Shown here in pieces: positions 24,986 to 35,875 of a stretch of 64,000 nucleotides of DNA. Under the pieces are notes generated by a model, which worked only from the letters and a program-made list of their open reading frames with translations, did no database searches and had not been told where the DNA came from. Numbering within the stretch: position 1 is the first letter of the stretch; every line of letters begins with the position of its first letter. The stretch is taken from NCBI GenBank assembly GCA_002269645.1, contig NIVC01000914.1, positions 1 to 64,000 on the forward strand, written 5' to 3'. The position numbers and the translations under genes were made by a program. This DNA comes from Macrostomum lignano. Taxonomy: Eukaryota.

Positions 24986-25589
24986 TATGCGACAGCAGGT
25001 CCCGAGTACTTGGTGCAGCCAATTCCCATTTCTGACCAGCTCCCATTGTGCTGAGCAAGCGGGTCGCATTCCAGCTTTCGCAGTCAGTAACAATGGGCCA
25101 GAAGATTTTATCGAAGACTGCAGGCAGCAAATTGCTAGCCTGAGATCTCCTCAGAAAATTTTCATTATCAATAGAACGTGTCTTTTTTCTTTAAAAAATT
25201 CTTCTCTTTAAGGAAAGAATCAGCCATGCAGCAATTTCCTCTCCCAGTCTCCCCCTGTTCCCCATCAATTGATGCAGCAGCAGTAAGAATCAGATTCTGG
25301 GACGCAACTATTTGATCAGTCGCTGGCCTCTCAGGCCGACAGTCTGAGCAGCAGCCTCGACACTTGAGCTCGCTAAGCCAGCCGAAATCATTTCTTGGTC
25401 TGTTCAAATCTTTGGATTGCTCGGGCGGGAAGCCGCTGCGATTAGGGGGGGGGGGGCAACCAGACCGGCCTAGCAACGAAGTTGGTTCGGGAAAAACTAT
25501 TGTTGCGCTTGGAAACCAGAAGCAATAGGTCGGTGGGAAAAGAAATGAGTCTAAATTTAGAAATGGGGCAAAGAGAAAAAGAATATGGA

Positions 25590-25775
25590 ACTACAGAAGT
25601 GTGAATGGAGTGACTACGGAAGTGTGAATGGAGTGACTGTAGAAGTGTGAATGGAGTGACTGCAGGTGTGAATGGAGTGACTACAGAAGCGTGAATGTAG
25701 TGACTGCAGAAGTGTGAATGGAGTGACTACATAAGTGTGAATGGGGTGACTACAGAAGTGTGAATGGAGTGACAA
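25590..25775. repeat. 23-bp tandem repeat (AGAAGTGTGAATGGAGTGACTAC), about 8 copies
   Basis: Read directly. Confidence 0.93.
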
Positions 25776-26127
25776 CATAAGCAATAATTCAGTGCTAACA
25801 GAAAGTGCGAAGAGGACCAGACATCAATAATAAATAAGTTTCGGGTGAAAACTCTAGCCATTTAAACTTGACCAGACAGAAAGACCTCCCCCCTCACGCA
25901 CCGCTAAATTTTGAATTTTTAAAGTTCATTCAACTGTAAAATATTTCTCGGCAAATTTCTAATAAATGTAATGAGTACAAAAACTGGAGCCAGGGCTTGA
26001 CTAGTCTAAGAGCCTTTGACAGATTTCAAGTCGGTTGCAAAGCTCCTTTGGGATTTGAGGGTGGTAAATTCAAGGGAAAATTATCCCACTAGTCTGGGAA
26101 GAATTTATTTTTTCGCTAGGTTGAACG

Positions 26128-26725
26128 AGAGAGGGTAAAACAGAGGGTTGAAGCAGAGAGGGTAAAACAGAGGTTTGAAGGAGAGAGGGTAAAACAGAGG
26201 GTTGAAGCAGAGAGGGTAAAACAGAGGTTTGAAGGAGAGAGGGTAAAACAGAAGGTAGAAGAGGAGAGGGTAAAACAGAGGGTTCAAGGGGAGAGGGTAA
26301 AACAGAGGGTAGAAGAGGAGAGGGTAAAACAGAGGGTTCAAGGGGAGAGGGTAAAACAGAGGGTAGAAGAGGAGAGGGTAAAACAGAGGGTTCAAGGGGA
26401 GAGGGTAAAACAGAGGGTTCAAGGGGAGAGGGTAAAACAGAGGGTTTAAGAGGAGAGGGTAAAACAGAGGGTTTAAGAGGAGAGGGTAAAACAGAGGTTT
26501 GAAGGAGAGAGGGTAAAACAGAGGGTAGAAGAGGAGAGGGTAAAACAGAGGGTTCAAGGGGAGAGGGGAAACCAGAGGGTTGAAGGAGAGAGGGTAAAAC
26601 AGAGGGTTGAAGCAGAGAGGGTAAAACAGAGGGTTGAAGCAGAGAGGGTAAAACAGAGGGTTGAAGCAGAGAGGGTAAAACAGAGGGTAGAAGAGGAGAG
26701 GGTAAAACAGAGGGTTGAAGGGGAG
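26128..26725. repeat. 27-bp minisatellite (GAGAGGGTAAAACAGAGGGTTGAAGCA)n
   Basis: Read directly. Confidence 0.95.
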
Positions 26726-27090
26726 AAGGAAGGCAATCTACATGACTCATGTAGACTTCGTCAATTCCAGAATAGAAAACCTCTGCACAAGCCGGACGCT
26801 CGCACAAGATTTCCAGCTCTGCGGCCCCCCTCGCCCCAGATTAATTGTTTCTTTGCTAGCTGGAACAACAACAGCAGCAGCAGATTGAGCTGGCGGCAGC
26901 TGCTGGCTGGCTTAGTGGCGCAGAGAGGGAGAAGGGGGAGAGGGACACGTCAGCACAGTTAGAGCCTTTCCGACTTCTTTTCCCTAAATTCTAGGAATAA
27001 ATTCACGAGATCCCCCTGTGGGTCATCGGAGAGTCGAAACATTTCTTTTGCTTTTGTTAGCGTGCAGCGACGAACCAGTTTGTCCCGGCC

Positions 27091-27306
27091 ATGCTGCTGC
27101 TGCTGCCGCTTCTGGCCGGCCTGCTATCACCGATAGGCCCGGCCGAGGCTAAACGGGTGCTGGACATCACGGAGAAGAACTTGGCCAGCGTTGTGGGCAC
27201 CAAGACTCTGGCGCTGGTGCTGTTCTACTCGCCCGGCTGCCAGCCCTGCGTGGAGGTGCTCTCCGTCATGCAGCGGTAAGGCTGCCTGTGCGCCTGTCAG
27301 CCTGAC

Positions 27307-27371
<65 letters not shown>

Positions 27372-27384
27372 TTCTGTCTGTCTT

Positions 27385-27431
<47 letters not shown>

Positions 27432-27432
27432 T

Positions 27433-27489
<57 letters not shown>

Positions 27490-29833
27490 CTGTCCGAGTG
27501 TATGTCTGTCTGCCATTGAGTTCATAAAGCCCCAGAACTCGCAGACACCGAGCCCCGATCCGCCTCGCACCCGCAGCCTGGCCCTGTCCCACTCCGTTTC
27601 GCATCCGGACGTAAAATTCGGCCGCATCGACATCCGCCAGGAGCCGGTGCTGGCCATGCGGTTCCACGCCGATGAAGTGCCGGTGTTGAAGGCCTTCCCT
27701 CATTCGTCGACGCCGATCACCTTCTACGGCGAGGTGACCGAGGAGGCGCTGGTGAAATTCCTGCGCGGCCTTCGCCTGCAGAGTGCCGTCAAGGCCGGCC
27801 TGACGCGCTCCGGCGAGAGTCTCTACGGCGGCGCCTCGCTGGAGACCGCGACCGACGATGGCGGAGCGGCAGACGAAGGCGACTCAGCGAACCCGTGGAC
27901 AACTGGCGCCACGGTGGTGGTGAACGCCAGCAGCTACGCGTCCGTGATCCTGGACAACGAGACCAACGCCATGCTGGCTCTGTACACGCCGGAGTGTGGC
28001 GAGCCGTGCGCGGTCTACGAGAAAATTGCCGACGTCTTCCGGCACGAGGGCCACCACGTGGTGTTCGGCCGGGCGGACGTGACCCGGGAACCTCAGCTGG
28101 CGAGGTTCTTTCAGGCGCAGAGGAACCCGACGCTGCTGTGGTTCCCCAGGGGCGACAAGAATAACATTGTGAGGTGAGGTGCCGAGTTTGAGACTTGCAT
28201 GCTCTACTGCAACCCTTTGACCTAAATCACTAAGCCCATTGGGTGAACAGATGGTCCTCTAATCAGTTAGGCAAAATTTTAGACACGCAACCTTCCAATC
28301 AAACATGCAACCTTCCAATCAAACATGCAACCTTCCAATCAAACATGCAACCTTCCAATCAAACATGCAACCTTCCAATCAAACATGCAACCTTCCAATC
28401 AAACATGCAACCTTCCAATCAAACATGCAACCTTCCAATCAAACATGCAACCTTCCAATCAAACAGGCAACCTTCCAATCGAACATGCAACTTTTCAATC
28501 AAACAGGCAACCTTCCAACCGAACAGGCAACCTTCCAATCAAACATGCAACCTTCCAATCAAACATGCAACCTTCCAATCAAACAGGCAACCTTCCAATC
28601 AAACAGGCAACCTTCCAATCAAACATGCAACCTTCCAATCGAACATGCAGTCTTTCAATCGAACAGACAACCTTGATCCAACAGCTGGGTGTTAACCCCC
28701 AATCGACAATCGTAACGCTCCGGTCAAACAGAACGATCTCGCCAAATCCCCTTAAACCAGATACGGCGGCGACGTGGACCTGCACGAGATTGTCGGTTTC
28801 ATCAACGACATGACCGGGTCGCACCGCCAGCCGGACGGTAAGCTGGAGCCTGGCGCTGGCCGGGTGGCCCAGATCGAACGGCTACTCAGAGACCGAGCGG
28901 CCGACCTGGTGCTCGGCCGGAACCTGCAGCAGCTGTCCGAGGAGGTGGCGCAGGCGGCCAGTGATCTGCCGCACTCCAAGCGCTACGTGTTCTATTATCA
29001 GCGGCTGTTACGCCAGCTAATGAAGGTATCCAGCCAGACCGAATTATACTACTTGCTCAAGTAAATGAGTAGAGTATACAAGATTTTTATTTTATTATTC
29101 TAGAGGGTGCTCGTAGTTTACATAACAGTCCGCGAGTTGAAGCTCATCCTTAGACTAAATAAATCTTCAGAATGTTAAACATAAAGAGTGTGTTTGTCAT
29201 GTGAAATCTATAGAAGGTATATGCGTGGAGACACACACAAGCAATGGCTACAGATTGCTTAAGACAAATAGAAAAGAATATCTACTCAAAACGACGCCGC
29301 ATGATCCTCAAGAAGGCCGGGTTCTCAAGTGTTTAGCGATTACAGTGTCTTTACTAAACCGAGGGTTGAACAGTGCAAACACGCTTTTCGCATCTCTTAA
29401 ATGACTCCGGAATAGATCAAACAATCCGCGATTAAGTGTTGACTACATTGAAGCTTTGCCAGCTGAGTTGAGTAGCGAGGCGCTGACACGTCGGACTCTC
29501 GCGTTAAGGAAAGGTCCATGCATGCTGAGCGGTCTTGTCCGTTTGATTCAAGCCCCTCCAACCACAGGAGGACCAACCTCCAGAGGTCACACTTTTCTAC
29601 ATGCCTGACGATAAGAAAGTCGCGTCTGTTGTACACCCTGTGTGAGCGTGTCTGCGTAAGTATGCGCGCGTGCAGAGGAATGAGTATGACTGCTTGCGGC
29701 TGCACTCGAAGCACCCATGCAGACAGCCAACTAACTAGCAAGTTAAACTAGCTAGCTAACAAACAAACAAACAAACAAATTAACAAACTAACTAACTAGC
29801 TAACTAACTAACTAACTAACTAACTAGCTAACT

Positions 29834-29871
<38 letters not shown>

Positions 29872-29915
29872 CAACTAACTAACTAACTAACCAACTAACT
29901 AACTACTAACTAACT

Positions 29916-29959
<44 letters not shown>

Positions 29960-29982
29960 GCTAACTAACTAACCAACTAACT

Positions 29983-30022
<40 letters not shown>

Positions 30023-30049
30023 GCTAACTAACTAACCAACTAACTAACT

Positions 30050-30099
<50 letters not shown>

Positions 30100-30127
30100 C
30101 AACTAACTAACTAACTACTAACTAACT

Positions 30128-30161
<34 letters not shown>

Positions 30162-31012
30162 CAACTAACTAACTAACTAACTAACCAACTAACTAACTAA
30201 CTAACCAACTAACTAACTACTAACTAACTACTAACTAACTAACTAACTAACTAGCAAATTAAACTAGCTAGCTAACAAACAAACAAACAAACAAATTAAC
30301 AAACTAACTAACTAGCTAACTAACTAACTAACTAGCTAACTACTAACTAACTAACTAACTAACTAACTAGCTAACAAACAAACAAACAAGCTAACTAATT
30401 AGCTAACTAACTAATTAACTAGCCAACCAACTAGCTAGGTAATTAACTAGCTAACTATCTAACTAAAATACGAGTATCGTATACAACTAACTTGTAGTCT
30501 GGCTAGGTGAGAGTGCACTAGTTACCGTTGCAAGTTGAGCATGTCTAGTATGTGGGGCGTCTAACTGCTTAACTAGTAACTTACTAACTAAAATTAGTAA
30601 ATAATCCAACCCAGCTAACTGCTAGCTAATCAATCCTTCCAACACCGCACAACACTCCCCTCGGCAGGGGTCGCCAATCGATCGAGTTCTCGAACGCGAG
30701 AACGCCGCCATCGACCAGCTGCTAAACGGTGGCGGCGGCGGCGGCGGCGGCATCGGCGGCGGCAGCAAGATGAGCAGGGCGGAGCGGGACGAGGCGCACA
30801 AGCTGCACAACATCATCTCCGGGGTGGTGGACATCATAGTCGATCATCTGCAAGGCGAGCGCCAGTCAGCTGAGGCAGCTGCCGTTGCCGAGAAGAGGCG
30901 CCTGATGGAGGAACAGCAGAAGCGGCTTCACGAGGAGGGCGAGTTGGCTGGTGATGAAGAAGAGTTCACTGAGCAGGCGGAGGCTGTGAAAGCGACGAAG
31001 GAGGAGCTGTGA
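27091..31012 (+). CDS. Protein disulfide isomerase family protein (Trx-Trx-ERp29c-like, ER-retained), 4 exons, 463 aa
   Basis: Exons 27091-27275, 27577-28173, 28761-29025, 30668-31012 (1392 nt, GT-AG). Signal peptide; [12 protein letters not shown]; VKFGRID; second fold [11 protein letters not shown]...VVFGRADVT...LARFF....NPTLLWFP; [35 protein letters not shown] resembles the ERp29c junction of PDI-D proteins; C-terminal KEEL. Confidence 0.85.
27306..27510. repeat. (TCTG)n microsatellite in PDI intron 1
   Basis: Read directly. Confidence 0.97.
28287..28675. repeat. 20-bp tandem repeat (AACATGCAACCTTCCAATCA)n in PDI intron 2
   Basis: Read directly. Confidence 0.96.
29540..29690 (+). mobile_element. 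Partial SINE family 1 copy (3' part)
   Basis: CTACATGCCTGACGATAAGAAAGTC...GTACACCCTGTGTGAGCGTGTCTGCGTAAGTAT aligns with 4200-4275. Confidence 0.5.
29727..30470. repeat. (AACT)n microsatellite in PDI intron 3
   Basis: Read directly. Confidence 0.97.
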
Positions 31013-31114
31013 AACTATTTTAACGTGAAAAGATTGCGTGAATCGGAGTGAAAATGACTGAGCGAGTGAATTTCACAGATAATTAGTCAATGTGTGACTA
31101 CAAAGGGACAGTAT

Positions 31115-31700
31115 TCGAAAAATGAGTGAACATAGACTGGAAATGTGTGAAAATGAGTGAACATGGACTGGAAATGTGTGAAAATGAGTGAACATGGACT
31201 GGAAATGTGTGAAAATGAGTGAACATGGACTGGAAATGTGTGAAAATGAGTGAAAATGGACTGGAAATGTGTGAAAATGAGTGAACATGGACTGGAAATG
31301 TGTGAAAATGAGTGAACATGGACTGGAAATGTGTGAAAATGAGTGAAAATGGACTGGAAACATGTGAAAATGAGTGAACATGGACTGGAAATGTGTGAAA
31401 ATGAGTGAACATGGACTGGAAATGTGTGAAAATGAGTGAACATGGACTGGAAATGTGTGAAAATGAGTGAACATGGACTGGAAATGTGTGAAAATGAGTG
31501 AACATGGACTGGAAATGTGTGAAAATGAGTGAAAATGGACTGGAAATGTGTGAAAATGAGTGAAAATGGACTGGAAATGTGTGAAAATGAGTGAACATGG
31601 ACTGGAAATGTGTGAAAATGAGTGAACATGGACTGGAAATGTGTGAAAATGAGTGAACATAGACTGGAAATGTGTGAAAATGAGTGAACATGGACTGGAA
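31115..31700. repeat. 31-bp minisatellite (GGAAATGTGTGAAAATGAGTGAACATGGACT)n
   Basis: Read directly. Confidence 0.97.
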
Positions 31701-32267
31701 TTGGACTGAGTGAAAATAGAGTGGCAGATGTCAATGGCAGACAGACGGTTTTATTAGTTAGTGATTAATGTTAGAAGTAAAAACATTTCGCCTTAAACGC
31801 AATTAGTAACAGGTGTGTTATTAATGCGTAAATAACGGCTTATAAACTGAAGTTTAACGCAATTTCTCAACCCTCACGTCATCATAAAAAAATCGATGCA
31901 CCCTACCCGCCCCATATCGCTTCCACTTAATACGCCAAATAAATATATAAGTCATAAAAACTGAATCAATCGATTCAATTCAAGAATAAACTTGCTAGGA
32001 GTTTAAAATTGTCCAAACAATTCCAATATAAGCAAATTCAAGTAAAAACTGCACCAAGGAATCATGCGCAACACTTGCTGCAGAGAAAAATTTATTGTAT
32101 AATTTGAAATGTTGATTCTAACATTAAAAAATTGCTGAAGATGGGTGCTTAGTGGCTTTTGGAATGGGGAATATAGAAATAGGGATTTGGGAGTTTAGAT
32201 GCAGGGTTTCGACTAGACTTGGAAGCAGATTATGATTAGAAAGCTGCACTGCAAAGGAAGTAGCATA

Positions 32268-32946
32268 AGTCAGTCAGTCAGTCAGTCAGTCAGTCAGTCA
32301 GTCAGTCAGTCAGTCAGTCAGTCACCCATTCACTCAAGACAGTCAGTCAGTCAGTCAGTCAGTCAGTCAGTCAGTCAGTCAGTCAGTCAGTCAGTCAGTC
32401 ACCCACTCAATCAAGTCAGTCAGTCAGTCAGTCAGTCAGTCAGTCAGTCAGTCAGTCAGTCAGTCAGTCAGTCAGTCAGTCAGTCAGTCAGTCAGTCAGT
32501 CAGTCAGTCAGTCAGTCAGTCAGTCAGTCAGTCAGTCAGTCAGTCAGTCAGTCAGTCAGTCAGTCAGTCAGTCAGTCAGTCAGTCAGTCAGTCAGTCAGT
32601 CAGTCAGTCAGTCAGTCAGTCAGTCAGTCAGTCAGTCAGTCAGTCAGTCAGTCAGTCAGTCAGTCAGTCAGTCAGTCAGTCAGTCAGTCAGTCAGTCAGT
32701 CAGTCAGTCAGTCAGTCAGTCAGTCAGTCAGTCAGTCAGTCAGTCAGTCAGTCAGTCAGTCAGTCAGTCAGTCAGTCAGTCAGTCAGTCAGTCAGTCAGT
32801 CAGTCAGTCAGTCAGTCAGTCAGTCAGTCAGTCAGTCAGTCAGTCAGTCAGTCAGTCAGTCAGTCAGTCAGTCAGTCAGTCAGTCAGTCAGTCAGTCAGT
32901 CAGTCAGTCAGTCAGTCAGTCAGTCAGTCAGTCAGTCAGTCAGTCA
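32268..32946. repeat. (CAGT)n microsatellite, beginning at the MVD stop codon
   Basis: Read directly. Confidence 0.98.
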
Positions 32947-34540
32947 GAATCAAACCAAGCGGCCGCCTCCGCCTGTGGAATATCGAGCGCCCCCGGCCGA
33001 GCCGGCAGATCAGCAGCGATTCGATCCGGTGGCGCGCAGTCGCCCCCTCGCCGCCGCTGCCGTCGCCAGCCCAGTCTGAGGGAACCTTCGAATTGTCGGC
33101 CGCCTCGCCTAAGTCGCCGACCACCTGGCCGATGTCGAAGGCCCGCTGCAGACAACCAGCAGCCAGGTGTACATCGGCCGGCTGGGCCAGCAGGCAGACG
33201 TTCGGGCCGGCATCCGCTGTGTAGCCGAGAACGACTCGGCCGGAGGCTTCGTTCAGCCGGTGCACGAAGTCGATGATGGCGCGCGAAGCGTCGGTCAGGT
33301 AGTGCACGGGCGGGTAGGTGTCCGCGCACACCGCATGCAGGCAGTTGCTGTCCCGCATGGACATCTCGGCCAGGCTAGCGAAGTCGCGGCCGGCCACCGC
33401 CTCGCGCACCGCGGCCAGCCTGTCGGGCAGGCAGCTCAGCCTGGCCGGAAGCAGCGAGCTGGTGGCCACGGTCCGCGCCATTGCCTGGGTGGACGGCGCC
33501 GATTTGGCGCCGGCGCCAACTACGCAGACGAGGACGCGCAGGTCCCAGTGGCCGGCCGAGGCCAGCTGGCTGGCGGTCGAGTCCACGCCGTCCGGACGCT
33601 GGCCGGCCGACCATTCGGCGAAGCCGGCGAACAGAGAGCGGCAGGCGGAGCCGGAGCCGAGCCGGGCCACCGTGCTGAGCCAGCGAAGGGTGTCGGCGCT
33701 GACGGTGCGGAGGAAGGGAATGGGTGTACAACTGGGGTGCTAGACTGACAAGATTACAACCATAACTGACAAGACTACAGCCACAGCTGACAAGATAACA
33801 ATCACAGCTGACAAGATAACAATCACAGCTGACAAGATAACAGCCCTAGCTGACAAGATAACAGCCCCAGCAGACAAGATAACAGCCCCAGCTGACAAGA
33901 TAACAACCACAGCTGACAAAATAACAGCTCCAGCTGACAAGATAACAGCCCTAGCTGACAAGATAACAGCCCCAGCTGACAAGATAACAGCCCCAGCTGA
34001 CAAGATAACAACCACAGCTGACAAAATAACAGCCCCAGCTGACAAAATAACAGCCCTAGCTGACAAGATAACAGCCCCAGCTGACAAGATAACAGCCCCA
34101 GCTGACAGCTACACTCACTCGCAGCTGTCCGAACCGCCGTCGCCCACAATTCCGTACAGCCTGGCGACGGCAACCGCAAAGGCGCACAAACCCGAAGAGG
34201 AGCTGGCGAGGCCGGCAGCCGTGGGGAAGCTGTTCCTGGTGGCAACCCGCACCTTCCAGCTGGCCAAGTCCTGGCCCCGCTGGCAACGCTGACGCAGCGA
34301 CTGCAGTACAGCGCGCATCCGGTCAGTAACCTCGACCGGTTTGCCGTTCAACTCAACAAAATCTTCGGCAAATTCTGGCGAAGCCGTTGCCATAGTAACC
34401 GTGCGCATCAGCTGGTCGTCAAGGGTAACGCTGATAGAGTTATTTAGCGGCAGCACCAGCCTGCTGTCTCGCTTGCCCCAGTATTTAATTAGCGCCAAGT
34501 TTGGCGCCGCCGCCGCGTAGGCAATAAAACTTTCGTCAGA
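32936..34540 (-). CDS. MVD: Diphosphomevalonate decarboxylase, 2 exons, 394 codons lacking an ATG
   Basis: Exons 34540-34119 and 33698-32936. Motifs APNLALIKYWGKRD, LPLNNSISVTL, NSFPTAAGLASSSSG, ARLGSGSACRSL, MSMRDSNCLHAVC.DTYPP, YTADAGPNV match the GHMP-kinase MVD family. Confidence 0.93.
33745..34108. repeat. 21-bp tandem repeat (GACAAGATAACAGCCCCAGCT)n filling the MVD intron
   Basis: Read directly. Confidence 0.96.
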
Positions 34541-34629
34541 CTGCAAAATGCACGTAAAATCAAACACTACTATGAGTAGCACTGAATTTTACTATAAATA
34601 GCTTTGTAACTATAAAATGGAATCTATAT

Positions 34630-34915
34630 AATTCCATCCTACTATAAGTAGCATCTCAACTGGAAAACTCGAATTCTATCTTACTATAAGTAGCATCTCG
34701 ACTAGAAAACTCGAATTCTATCCTACCATAAGTAGCATCTCGACTGGAAAACTCGAATTCTATCCTACTATAAGTAGTATCTCAACAGGAAAACTCGAAT
34801 TTTATCCTACCATAAGTAGCATCTCGACTGGAAAACTCGAATTCTATCCTACTATAAGTAGCATCTCGACTGGAAAACTTTCATTCTATCCTACTATAAG
34901 TAGCATCTCAACTAC
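34630..34915. repeat. 42-bp tandem repeat (TACTATAAGTAGCATCTCGACTGGAAAACTCGAATTCTATCC), about 7 copies
   Basis: Read directly. Confidence 0.93.
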
Positions 34916-35772
34916 AAAACCCTAAACACTATTGCAAGCGGGCGTAAATCTAAAGCTAGAAGTTATTTGTAACTTTATATAAGCTGTTGACTTGTACCAT
35001 GGATTAATAAATCAAGGTGAATTAAAAGTAAGCAAACAAACAAGGATCACTTAGTTAATACATAAGAGTATGACAGACTTTCACCCGTAGGCTGTCACAT
35101 TGCCAGTTACATAAGCGCCTTGTATATTTCGCTCAATTGGGAAGTGGACTTTAAGATAACTTCTGTCTAAGAGTGGAGATTTGAGTGTAGCTGAGACAGG
35201 GGAGACACTGGGGCAGTTACCGGTAGTTAAATCCAAAAACCTGTGGTAATTAGACTGAGGGAGGCCAGGGGTTGGGGGCGCAAAAGCTTTAAAACAGTAC
35301 TCGCGCATTAATCTGGTTGAATTTGCTACAGAAACACAGCTGGATACGGCACTGCTATTTGCGCACGGAATTATTAATCAAACGTATTTGTATTTAACAA
35401 TAATAGATGCACACACATATATACTACTGCTATTCTTATCAGTAATCCGCTCAAATAAGTAGTACGTATAGCATGCATAAATAAATGAATAAATAAATAT
35501 TATGAAGACACACAAATTCTCACACTGATTACATAGACCCTGCATACAGGACAGACAGAGAGCAGTCTGGGGGGACCGAGACCCAGCAACCCCGAAGCCC
35601 ATTTGACCCCTAGAAAACGGCGCCTAGAATATATAACATAACAATGATAATAGTTAACAGTATTGTAGCACTGATAAATAGCAGGTACATTCTCCATCGA
35701 GGGGCGAAGAGGGGAGGGCAGGCGTTGGGGCGTCGGCTCCATTAATGCTAAGGAAACACCATCCGCAAAGTC

Positions 35773-35778
35773 TTTATT
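35773..35778 (-). terminator. Candidate poly(A) signal AATAAA of Rab1
   Basis: TTTATT on the plus strand, about 100 nt downstream of the Rab1 stop. Confidence 0.45.
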
Positions 35779-35875
35779 GTATTATTATCATTAATTCTTA
35801 TGATGAGCTGCAAAAACATATGATTAATAGTTGATAATAATAATAACAATAATCATTATTATCATTATCTATAGA

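Noticed and set aside
27040-27090. Strong pyrimidine tract plus AG 30 nt upstream of the PDI ATG (possible trans-splice acceptor)
   Set aside because: Cannot be distinguished from an ordinary 5' UTR intron acceptor using sequence alone.
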